64,000 nt of DNA from an uncultured delta proteobacterium (GTDB lineage: Bacteria; Myxococcota_A; Polyangia; Polyangiales; Polyangiaceae), in contig CAVQUB010000002.1 in the NCBI GenBank assembly GCA_963716725.1, forward strand, positions 320,001-384,000. The letters run 5' to 3'. A program made the position numbers and the translations under genes. Shown here in pieces: positions 1 to 9,400 of the stretch (the first letter of the stretch is position 1; each line of letters opens with the position of its first letter). The notes under the pieces are model-generated. The model was given only the letters and a program-made list of their open reading frames with translations. It had not been told where the DNA came from and did no database searches.

Positions 1-1243
1 GCGGTCGCTGGCGCTGCAGTCGCTCAGCTTGCCCGGCAACATCATGCGCCCGCCGGTGGCGGTCTTGCGGATGACGGCTTGGCTGGCGGCGCGGGACGCC
101 TCGCGGGCCCGCGCTGCCAGGATGATGCGCGCCACGACTTGCTCGGCCGTGCTGCGGTTCTGGTTCAGCCACTGTTCGAGCGAGGGACGCACCGCTCCGT
201 CCACCGCCGCTTGGACCTCGGGGTTGTTCAGGCGATCCTTGGTCTGCCCCTGAAACTGCGGATCCGAGATGAAAACGCTGAGCACGCCGGTCAGCCCCTC
301 GCGAATGTCCTCGGCGCTGAGCGTCACCCCCCGAGGCGTCAGGTTGTGCGTCTCGATGTAGTTCCGGACCGCCTTGACCATGCCCGAGCGAAAGCCGAAC
401 TCGTGGGTGCCGCCGGAGCCCGTCGGGATCCCGTTCACGTAGCTCTTGAGCGTCTCGTCGGTGGACTCCGTCCACTGGAAGGCCAGCTCGATCCGGAGCC
501 CGTTGTCCCGGAACAGCGTGAAGGGGACCTCGTGCACCGCGCGTGAGCCGCGCTCGCTCACGATGCGCCCCAGGAACTCCACGATGCCCTCGGGGTGCTG
601 GAAGGTTGCCTTGGTGCCCTGCGCCTCGTCGATGAAGGTGACGGAGAGCCCCTTGTGCAGGTAGCTCGCGATCTCGAGCCGCTCGCGCATGAGCTCGGCG
701 GAGAAGTCCGTCTTGCGGGAAGATCTCGGGGTCGGGCCTGAAGAAGACCGTGGTCCCGCTGCCGCGGGCCTTGCCGAGCTTCTGGAGCTTGCCCACCGGC
801 GTGCCGCCGCGAAACTCCATGCGGTGCTCGAAGCCGTCACGCTTCACGGTGGCGACCAGCTGCGCCGAGAGCGCGTTGACCACGCTAGCGCCCACGCCGT
901 GCAGGCCGCCCGCCGTCTTGTAGCTGTCGTGCTCGAACTTGCCGCCTGCGTGCAGCGTGCAGAAGATGATCTCGAGCGCCGGCTTCTTGTGCAAGGGGTG
1001 CATGTCCACTGGCACACCGCGACCGTCGTCGCTCACGGTCACGCTCTGTCCGTCTTTGTGCAGCGTCACGTGGATCTGGCTGGCGTGGCCGTTCATCGCC
1101 TCGTCCACCGAGTTGTCGACGACCTCCCAGACCAGGTGGTGCAGGCCGGCGCTGCCGACGCCGCCGATGTACATGCCCGGGCGCTTGCGGACGGGATCGA
1201 GCCCCTCGAGCACCGTGATGTCTTTGGCGGAATAGCTGGGCAT
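1..1243 (-). CDS. parE: Type IIA topoisomerase B subunit (ParE/GyrB family), runs off the left edge; apparent +1 frameshift near 716
   Basis: Manual translation from ATG at 1243 gives MPSYSAKDITVLEGLDPVRKRPGMYIGG...LHHLVWEVVDNSVDEA (GHKL N-box), then DDGRGVP and GGLHGVGASVVNALS. After PEIFP one extra base shifts the frame to KTDFSAELMRERL...SYVNGIPTGSGGTHE...PQFQGQTK...LPGKLSDC. ParE rather than GyrB is inferred from the partner A subunit. Confidence 0.88.
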   Translation of the reverse strand, partial: MPSYSAKDITVLEGLDPVRKRPGMYIGGVGSAGLHHLVWEVVDNSVDEAMNGHASQIHVTLHKDGQSVTVSDDGRGVPVDMHPLHKKPALEIIFCTLHAGGKFEHDSYKTAGGLHGVGASVVNALSAQLVATVKRDGFEHRMEFRGGTPVGKLQKLGKARGSGTTVFFRPDPEIFPQDGLLRRAHARAARDRELPAQGALRHLHRRGAGHQGNLPAPRGHRGVPGAHRERARLTRGARGPLHAVPGQRAPDRAGLPVDGVHRRDAQELRERDPDGLRRHPRVRLSLGHGQGGPELHRDAQPDASGGDAQRRGHSRGADRRAQRFHLGSAVSGADQGSPEQPRGPSGGGRSGASLARTVAEPEPQHGRASRGAHHPGSAGPRGVPRRQPSRHPQDRHRRAHDVAGQAERLQRQRP

Positions 1244-3670
1244 CGCGGATCGACCGCTCCCTTCTTCGAACGAGACCGGCGGCGACGGCGGCTCGAACAC
1301 CGGCTCGATCAGCGCGCCGCGCTTGATCACCTCGCGGCCCTTACCGCCGCGACTCGACAGCTCGTACCGGCTCGGCGAGATCTTCTGCTCACCGCCCAAG
1401 CTGGTCTTCATCGAAAGACCGTCGCTCTCCTTGGTCACGGCGCGGAAGCCCACCAGCTTGTCGCCCTTGTCGAGCTTGATCAAGAGCACGCCCTTGCCGG
1501 GACCCGAAAGGTAGTTGACCTCGTCGACCTTGCAGAGCAGCGCGCGGCGCGCGGCCGTGGCCGCCATCAAGGTCTCTTCGCCGCCGACCGCGAACACGCC
1601 CACCACGCGGGCCTCGCCGGCCGGCCTGGCGAAGCGCCGGCCCGCACGCGTGCTGGGCTCGACGAAGGTCGAGAGACCAAAGGCCAGGGCGTAGCCGTCG
1701 CTGGTGGCCGCGCAGGCGTAAGTCGCGGGGAAGTAGCCCTCCTTCTCGGCGATGTCGCCGGTCACGCGCGGATCGAGGGAGAACATCGCGACGATGCTCT
1801 CCCGGTCCTTCAGCTTGAACAGCTTCTGGATCGGCTCGCCGTAGCCGGTGGTCGCCGGCAGGTCGGCGATGCGAGCGGTGTAGGCCGTGCCAAAGCTCGA
1901 GAAGAACACCACCGTCGCGCGGGTCGAGCCCGCGACGCAGGCCAGGACCTGATCGCCCTCGCGCAGGCGGGTCGCGCTGGGATCCTTGATCTCCTTCTGT
2001 CGCTTCACCCAGCCGTCGCGGGTGATGAGCAGGTGGTTGTCTTCTGCGATGATCAGATCTTCCGCCGTGAGCTCGGGCTCGGCCGCAGCCTCTTCGATGA
2101 TGGTCCTGCGCTTGGAACTCTTGCCGAAGGTCGCGGAGATCTCCTCCAGCTCTTTCTTGACCATGGCCCAACGTCCGCGGCTCTCGGCCTCGCCGAGCAG
2201 CTTCTTGATGGCGCGCACGCGCTTCTGCTTGTCGTCGAGCTCGCTTTGGATCACCAAGATCTCGAGGCGCGCCAGCCGATAGAGCTTGAGTTCGAGGATG
2301 GCGTCGGTCTGCTCGGCGTCGAGGGCGAAGCGCGCCATGATCTTCTGGGCCGCGTCGGCCTTGCCCTCGCTCTTGCGGATGATGCGCAGGATCTCGTCGA
2401 GGGCGTCGAAGATGGCGGCGAAGCCCTAGAGGATGTGGATGCGTCGCTCGAGGGCGGACAGCTCGTGCTGCAGGCGGCGGGTCACCACCTCCAGCCGAAA
2501 GTGGAGGAAGTGCCAGAGGATCTGCGCGAGATCGAGGCGCTCGGGCCGACCCACCTCGGGGTTTTCGGTGGGCACCAGGCAGGTGAGATTCACCGCGAAG
2601 TTCGTCTGCAGCGGCGTCTGTTTGTAGAGGTAGGCGAGCACCTTGTTTTCGTCGGCCTCGCGCTTGAGCGTGAGCTCGATGCAGACGTCGTCGGTCGAGA
2701 CGTCACGCACGTCGACCAGCATCGGCATCTTGCGGCTGGTCACTACCTCCGCGATGCGCTCGACGAGCAGCGCCTTGTTCACCGCGTAGGGGATGCTGGT
2801 GACGAGCAGCTTCTTCTCGGCGCGGCTCACCGGACCGAGCTTCCAGGTGCCGCGCACCTTGAGCGTGCCGTGGCCGGTCTCGTAGATCTGCTTGATCTCG
2901 TCCGCGCTCGAGACGATCTGCCCCCCGGTCGGGAAGTCCGGACCCTTGATGGTGCGGCACAGCTCCCGGGCGCTGAGCGCCTTCTTCTCGACCAGGGCGT
3001 CGAGCAGGCGGATGGCGGCGGCGCAGACCTCCTCGAGGTTGTGCGGCGGCACGTTGGTCGCCATGCCCACGGCGATGCCGGTCGCGCCGTTGACCAGCAG
3101 GTTCGGCACCTTGGCGGGCAGGACGACCGGCTCTTCCTTGGTGCCGTCGTAGCTCGGACGAAAGTGGACCGTGTCCTCGTCGAGTTCGCCGAGCAGCTCG
3201 GCGGAGATGGGCGTCAGCCGACACTCGGTGTAGCGCATCGCCGCGGCGGGATCGCCGTCCAGCGAGCCGAAGTTGCCGCTGCCGTCCACCAGCGGCGCGC
3301 GCAGCGCGAAGGGCTGCGCCATGCGGACCAGCGCGTCGTAGATCGAGGCGTCTCCGTGCGGGTGGTAGTTGCCCATCACGTCGCCGACTACCTTGGCGCA
3401 CTTGCGGTGCTTGGCGTCCGCCGTCAGGCGCTGCTGCCACATCGTGTACAAGATGCGGCGCTGCACCGGCTTCATGCCGTCGCGCACGTCGGGCAAGGCC
3501 CGCGACGTGATCACGCTGAGGGCGTAGCTCAGGTACTTCTCTTGGGTGACCTCGTGGAGTGCCGCCCGCTCTTCGGTCTTCGCCAACCCGAGCTCGAGCT
3601 GATCACGCCCGCGACCCCGCCGAGGCGGCTCGCCTCCGCTGGATTTTCCTGATTTTTTTCGGGCCGCCAC
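1244..3670 (-). CDS. parC: Type IIA topoisomerase A subunit (ParC-like); in-frame TAG at 2426-2428 and no stop before parE
   Basis: Contains [36 protein letters not shown] and the catalytic AAMRYTE motif. The same frame continues after the TAG ([16 protein letters not shown]...) through a beta-pinwheel CTD. The first blade ([17 protein letters not shown]) lacks a QRRGGKG GyrA-box, which favours Topo IV. Confidence 0.85.
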
Positions 3671-3706
3671 CGCGATGAGGCTGCTAGCCCGTTCAGCGTG
3701 AAGCTG

Positions 3707-4891
3707 TCAACCCCCGCGCTTCTTGTCGCGCAGGATCCGCTCGAGCGCGTCTTCGGCGCGGCGGGCGATGGCGTCGGCCCAGCGGGTCGAGTCGAGCGAG
3801 CCGAACAAGCCCGAGAGCACCAGGCAGATGGGGGCTCGGTCGCCGATGCGCACCGGGACGACGTACACCTCCGCCTGACCGAGCGCCCCGGCCAGGTCCT
3901 GGTGCGCCTCGTCTGCGGGGATGGGTCCGAGGTAGTGGCCGTCGCGCAGGGCGAAGCTGGCGACGGTCTCCGCGCCGAGCAGGACCGATACGTCGTCGGG
4001 ATGAGCCGCCCGCGCCGCGTACCCAGCGCCGCGGGCAGTCAGGATCAGCACCCGCTCAGCCAGTGGTCGAGCCGCGTCCAGAATGTGAGCCACGAGCGCG
4101 TCGGCGTCCGCTGCGCCATCGAACGCCGTCAGATCCGGCTCGCGTCGACGCTCCATCGGAGGCGGAGCCTTGGAGCGATTCAGCCCGAGGACTCCGGTCC
4201 CGGTCTCGTCCACGCCATAGCCGATGGCGCCGAGCAAATCGCCCCCCGCACTGCCGACCCCGGGGTTGGTGTCGATGCGCGACCGCTCCGGCGCTGGCAT
4301 CGAGCGCCGAACCAGGGGGATGGGCGGCCAGCTCTGGTGCGCGTTTGTCCCCTGGTCCGCGCCGCCGTCCGTGGAGACGCGGTAGGCCTGACGAAAGGGT
4401 GGTGACGAACCCCGACGCACGGCGCGAGTCCCGAACGCGGGAGTGCGGGTGCTGCGCACGCCCGTACGATCGCGCTCGTCGAGCCAGCGATCGAGGGCCA
4501 AGAGCAGCTCGCCCAGCGGCACACGCACGATCGATACCGGCGCTCCGAGCTGAAAGGACAGCTCGTCACCCACGGCCAAGTCCGTCGGATCCACCGCCGC
4601 CACCTCGACGGCGCCGCTGGGCGCGAGCCCAATGGGGACCGCCAAGAGCCGCTCGCAGAGCCCGGTGGGCAGGTTCTCGGTGAGATCGTGGGAGACCGTG
4701 ATTGACGAGAGCACCGGGCCGCGCAGCCGCGACAACTCGCGATCCACCAAGTCGGCGGTGAGAGGGCCGCGGGTGACTAGCGCTTGCACGAAGGGCACGC
4801 CGAGCGCCACCGCGTCGGACAGCGCCGCGTAGATCTCGTCCGCCGGCACCACGCCGGTCTCGAGCAAACGCCGCGCAAGCTCCGCGCTCAT
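3707..4891 (-). CDS. Stand-alone GspE/PilB N-terminal (T2SSE_N)-domain protein with a C-terminal GAF-like region
   Basis: LTENLPTGLCERLLAVPIG...VEVAAVDPTDLAVGDELSFQLGAPVSIVRVP resembles the GSPII_E N domain. No Walker A motif. ATG at 4891 chosen as start. Confidence 0.6.
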   Translation of the reverse strand: MSAELARRLLETGVVPADEIYAALSDAVALGVPFVQALVTRGPLTADLVDRELSRLRGPVLSSITVSHDLTENLPTGLCERLLAVPIGLAPSGAVEVAAVDPTDLAVGDELSFQLGAPVSIVRVPLGELLLALDRWLDERDRTGVRSTRTPAFGTRAVRRGSSPPFRQAYRVSTDGGADQGTNAHQSWPPIPLVRRSMPAPERSRIDTNPGVGSAGGDLLGAIGYGVDETGTGVLGLNRSKAPPPMERRREPDLTAFDGAADADALVAHILDAARPLAERVLILTARGAGYAARAAHPDDVSVLLGAETVASFALRDGHYLGPIPADEAHQDLAGALGQAEVYVVPVRIGDRAPICLVLSGLFGSLDSTRWADAIARRAEDALERILRDKKRGG

Positions 4892-4974
4892 GTCGACAAT
4901 CGAACAACGAAGGACCCCGCGCCGCAACTGGCTACTGGGCTCATGGCCGGGAGCGGCGCTGCTTTCGCCCGCCT

Positions 4975-5637
4975 TTGACCCTCACCTCGCGATGCTCAGC
5001 GGACCGCGAGCCGGCCTGCGCGGCAGAGCCATACCTCGACCCGAACTCGCCGATCACGTATTGTATCGCCCCGGTGGGCCGTCGCAGTTCAGAAGTTCTC
5101 GGCGCCTTTGGGCCCGGCGCACGCCAGGCGCGCTGGCTGGGTTTGGGCTTGCCGCTGCTAGCCTGCAGCGGCGCTCGCTATCCCGAAGGCTCCACGCTGG
5201 ACGTCACCGGCAAGTGCGCGGTCTTTTTGCCGGACCTGGTCGAGGCGCTGGCGGTCGAGGCCAAGGCTCCGCGGAGGCCAGCGGGGCCAGCGGACCAAGG
5301 CTACGGCTACGAGTTCGAGCAGGAGCGGGGCACCCGCATCGGCTTTCACTTTCAAGACGGCCGTTTGTTGGCCATGAACTGGGAGGTCATCGAGGGGGAC
5401 GCGCAGAACTTCGACCCGCACCGGATCAAGCTTCAGCCGGGCGAGCGCGCTGCGGGCAACGCCGAAGTGCCCGACGGCGCGTTTGTGGGCGGGCGCTGGG
5501 AGCAGCTGAAGGTGCGGGGGAGGGCTGGGCAAGACACGCGGCTTTCGGTCCGATTTGCCGGCGAGCGAGTCGAAGTCAAGCTGGCGGACGCCACTCATCT
5601 AGCAAGCTGCGACTGGGAGCTGGCCGGCGCCGAGTAA
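4975..5637 (+). CDS. Hypothetical protein; start uncertain
   Basis: 220-aa ORF with natural-looking composition filling the gap between genes; no family recognised. Confidence 0.45.
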   Translation: MTLTSRCSADREPACAAEPYLDPNSPITYCIAPVGRRSSEVLGAFGPGARQARWLGLGLPLLACSGARYPEGSTLDVTGKCAVFLPDLVEALAVEAKAPRRPAGPADQGYGYEFEQERGTRIGFHFQDGRLLAMNWEVIEGDAQNFDPHRIKLQPGERAAGNAEVPDGAFVGGRWEQLKVRGRAGQDTRLSVRFAGERVEVKLADATHLASCDWELAGAE

Positions 5638-5913
5638 GCGACTGCGGTTGGGTTGTGCGACGAACTCGACTGCCGCGTGCCGGGGTGCCGGACTCGCAAC
5701 TCGCGGCTGAGACCGCGCCCTCGACCACCTCCTTCCCTCGCGCAGGGCGCGTGTCCAGACGAGCAGCCGGACCGCCACTGCTGCAGCAGCCAGCTCGATC
5801 CCGAGCTGGGATACACGCCGCCAGAGTCGCCCGGCCGCAAGCCACCTCGACGGGCGAATGCTGCTGCCAATCCTGCCGCCCAGTGACGCCGTGGGTCACT
5901 CGCGGCGGAGCGC

Positions 5914-6207
5914 TCACTCCTTGAACTGGAAGATGACCTCGGTCTGCCGCACGAGCCCGAGCTCGTCGCGGGCCACCCGCTCCACGGCGGCCGGGTCGCT
6001 CTTGATGCGCTGCACCTGGGCTCGGAGCTCGGTGATTTGCTGGCCCATGCGCGAGATCTCCTCGTCGGCCTTGGCGCGTTCCTGGCGAAGGCCGCTGAGG
6101 CGGTTGAGCCCCGTGGGCGACAAGATCAGCACCGGCACCGCCACCACGGCCAGCACCAAAATGGTCAGGGGCAGGGCCCGCTCGAGGAGGACGGCTCGCG
6201 ACGACAC
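5914..6207 (-). CDS. ftsB: Septum formation initiator FtsB/DivIC family
   Basis: 97 aa with one TM helix, a coiled coil, then DPAAVERVARDELGLVRQTEVIFQF, the typical FtsB C-terminal motif. Confidence 0.88.
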   Translation of the reverse strand: MSSRAVLLERALPLTILVLAVVAVPVLILSPTGLNRLSGLRQERAKADEEISRMGQQITELRAQVQRIKSDPAAVERVARDELGLVRQTEVIFQFKE

Positions 6208-6418
6208 GCTCGTCCAGCTTTCTCACGCCAGGCCGGACAGGTCCAGAAAGCCGCCGGGAATCGCCGCCGCGACGCGCTTCGCGATACCCGAAGGGGTGCT
6301 GCGCCATTTTCCTCAATTTTTACGCGCTGTTTTTCGTCAGCCTATTCGCTATCATGCGCCGCCGCCGGTGGGGTCGTTCCGAGTAGGAGCGACGTGACCG
6401 CGGCGGATTGGGACGCAC

Positions 6419-9400
6419 ATGGAGACCGACATCCTTCGAGCAGAGCTGGAACGAAATTTCGAGCTGGACGAGCTCTTGAACCTGACGCGCAACGTGCTCG
6501 GCTTCGACCCTGAAGCCGTGGGAGGGACGGCCGCGAAGGGCTCCTTCGCCAACGCTCTGACCCAGCATTGCGTCGAGGCCGACGCGGTCGAGGCCCTCTG
6601 CGACGCCCTCTTGGCGTCCAAGCCCGACGTGAACGCCAAGGTCGCGAACATCCGCATCAGCGGGCTGCCCTTCGACGAAGAGATGCGGCCGGGCTCCACG
6701 CTCGGCGGTTTCACCATCGTGCGCAAGTTGGGCGAGGGTCGTCTGGCGCTGACCTATCTGGCCAAGGGCGAGGATGGCGAGTACCGACTGCGCGTGCTCC
6801 GTCGCGAGGCGACCCGCGATCGACGCGGCTTGCACCGCTTCCTGACGGTGAGCCGGCTGATCGGCAGCATCGACCACCAGGGTCTGCCCCAGGGGCTCAC
6901 TGCCGGACAGGTGGGTGACCGCTTCGCGGTTGCGCACAAGTACATCGACGCCCAGCCGCTCTCGGTGCGCATCGCACGCACCGGACCGATGCACATCAAC
7001 GAGGCTCGCCCGCTGCTGCGCGCGGTGCTCGAGGCTCTGCGCTCCATCCACGAGCGACGCCTGGGCCACGGCGATTTGCGCCTCGAAAACCTGCTCGTGC
7101 ACAGGAACCCGGACGGCAGTCAGCAGCTGGTGCTGGTCGATGCCGGCTCCGATCGCCTGCGCGCCCGCGCGCGCGTGCAGAGCCCGGGACAAAACGAGCT
7201 CTTCTCCACCGTCGGCTCACCCAAGAGCGTCGCCCCCGAACAAATCCGCGGTATCCCCTCGGATCCGCGCAGCGACGTGTATTCGTTCGGCTGCGTGCTC
7301 TATGAGATCCTGTGCGGCAAGCCGGTCTTCGGCGGCGCAACCGCCATCCACGCCGCCATCGGTCACCTGACCGAGACGCCGCCCGTGCCGAGCAGCGTGG
7401 CGCCCCGCGGATGGATCACCAAAGAGATCGACGAGTGGGTGCTGTCGATGCTCGAGAAGGATCCCGACAAGCGACCCAAGAGCGCCAGCGCGCTGCTCGA
7501 GGCCCTCGAGACCATGGGGCGCTCGGCGGTCGCCAAGAAAGAGTCCAAGCTCTCCGATGCCGATCTCGACAAGCGCATCGAAGCCTTGGTCGCGGATCCG
7601 GCCGACGAAGACGCCGCCGTGGCCCTCGAGGCCGCGGTGGAAGAAGGCGCCGACGCCGCGCGCATCGCCGAGGCCTTCAGCATGGCCGCCGACGGCATCG
7701 AGGTCGGCGAGGACAAACAGAACCGCGAGACCAAGAAGAGCCTGCTCTTCCGCGCTGCGCGCCTCTTCGAGTACCAGGCCAAGGACGCCGAGAAGGCCGA
7801 GCAGATGTACGTGTGGTTGGTCGATCTCGATCCGGCTGACGACATCGCGATCACCGCCCTCGAGGACGTGCGCAAGCAACTCGGCAAGTACGAGGACCTG
7901 ATCGAGATGCTCCTGACGCGCACCGAGAAGGCGGAGAGCCGCAGCGAGCGCGCGCGGGCCTACGCCGAGATCGGTCGCGTGTACGTGAACGAGATCGACG
8001 ACGCCGAGCAAGCCATCGTCGCCTACACCCAGGCCTTCTGCGAAGACCCCAGCCAGTCGTCCTACGCCGACGAGATCGAGCGCCTGGCCGGCACCAACGG
8101 CGAGCGCTGGAACGAGGTGCTCGCCACCTCGGCGCAGACCGTCACCAGCAGCGAGATCCCCCTCGAGACCAAGAACCCGCTGCTCGCCCGCATGGGGCGC
8201 TGGTACACCGAAAAGCTCAGCCGGCCGGACCTGGCACTGCCCTGTTATCAGACGGTGATCGGCAGCGATCCCGCCAACGACGCCGCCCTCGACGGCATGA
8301 CGCAGATCTACCGCAAGGCCCAGCAGTGGCCCGAGCTGGTGATGGTGCTCGCCCGCCGCGCCGACGGCGCCGTGACTCCGGCTCGCGCCCGGGATCTGCG
8401 CACCGACGCCGGCGACATCCTCGAGACGCAGCTCAGCGACACGGGGCGCGCGCGCGATCTCTACGAGCAGGTGCTCGAGCAGGATCCGGGCACGAGCGGG
8501 CCAGCGAGGCGCTGGCGCGCATCTACGAGCGCACCGGGGACTTCCCGGGCTTCGTGAAGTTGCTCGAGCGGCGCGCGGAAGCGCTCCGTGGCGAGGAGCG
8601 GCTGAAGGTGCTTTGCCGCATCGCGGACATCTACGAGGACCACCTGAAGGACGAAGCCGAGGCCGTTCGGCGGCTGAACGTCGTGCTCAGCGAAGACCCG
8701 ATAAACCTCGACGCGCTGCGGGCGCTCGACCGCCTCTACAGCAAGATGGGACTGTTCCAGGATCTACTGGAGAACCTCCTGTCCCAGCTCGCGCTGGCTG
8801 CGACGCCGCGGCAGAAGATCACGCTCTGGGAACGCATCGCCGGAATCCACGACGAAGAGTTCTTGAACCACGCCAAGGCCGCAGAGGCGTGGGAGCAGGT
8901 GCTGGCCATCGACAGCGCGCACGACGCCGCGCTGTCCGCTCTGGCCCGCCATTACCGCGCCCTCGACCGCTGGGAGGACGTGGCGACCTTGGCCGAGAAA
9001 CAGATCAAAGTCGCGACGGATCCCGCGCGACAGCTGGAGATCTACCTGGGCCTCGGCCGGGTGCTGGGGGAGCAAATCGGCAACCCCGAGCGGGCGACCA
9101 AGGCCTATGAGAGCGCGCTGGCGCTCGATCCGGAGAACGCAGGCGCGCTCGAGGCCTTGGCCCGCATCCGGGAGACCTCCGGCGACGCGGACGCCGCGCT
9201 GGCCGCCATCGAAGCCCTGGCCGAGAAGGCCGGCAGCAAGAGGCGCGCGCCGAGCAGTACCTGCGCGCGGCCAAGATCCTCGAGGGCCGCGGCGATCACG
9301 ACGGCGCCATCGAGCGCTACAAACTCGCGCTCGACGCCAACCCGCGAGACGCCGGCGCCTCCGCCGCGCTGCGAGCGGCGTACCTCGGGCGCGGCGACGT

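Noticed and set aside
2426..2428. Genome-wide TAG reassignment or pyrrolysine
   Set aside because: TAG terminates dsrE at its expected end (38875), the position corresponds to a conserved Glu, and no pyl genes are in the window.
689..3652. 987-aa plus-strand ORF, and similar long antisense ORFs at 25559-28549, 29833-31770, 57455-59557 and 59627-62032
   Set aside because: Codon-register shadows of real minus-strand genes, expected in high-GC DNA; no recognisable motifs.
5653..5886. Small Cys-containing ORF as a possible RiPP precursor for the HExxH enzyme
   Set aside because: 30 kb away, TTG start without a clear RBS, and no leader/core pattern.
6305..6356. Sigma-70 promoter in the T-rich stretch between ftsB and the kinase-TPR gene
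   Set aside because: TATCAT could be a -10 box, but there is no convincing -35 at the right spacing. Likely a promoter region, but not definable.
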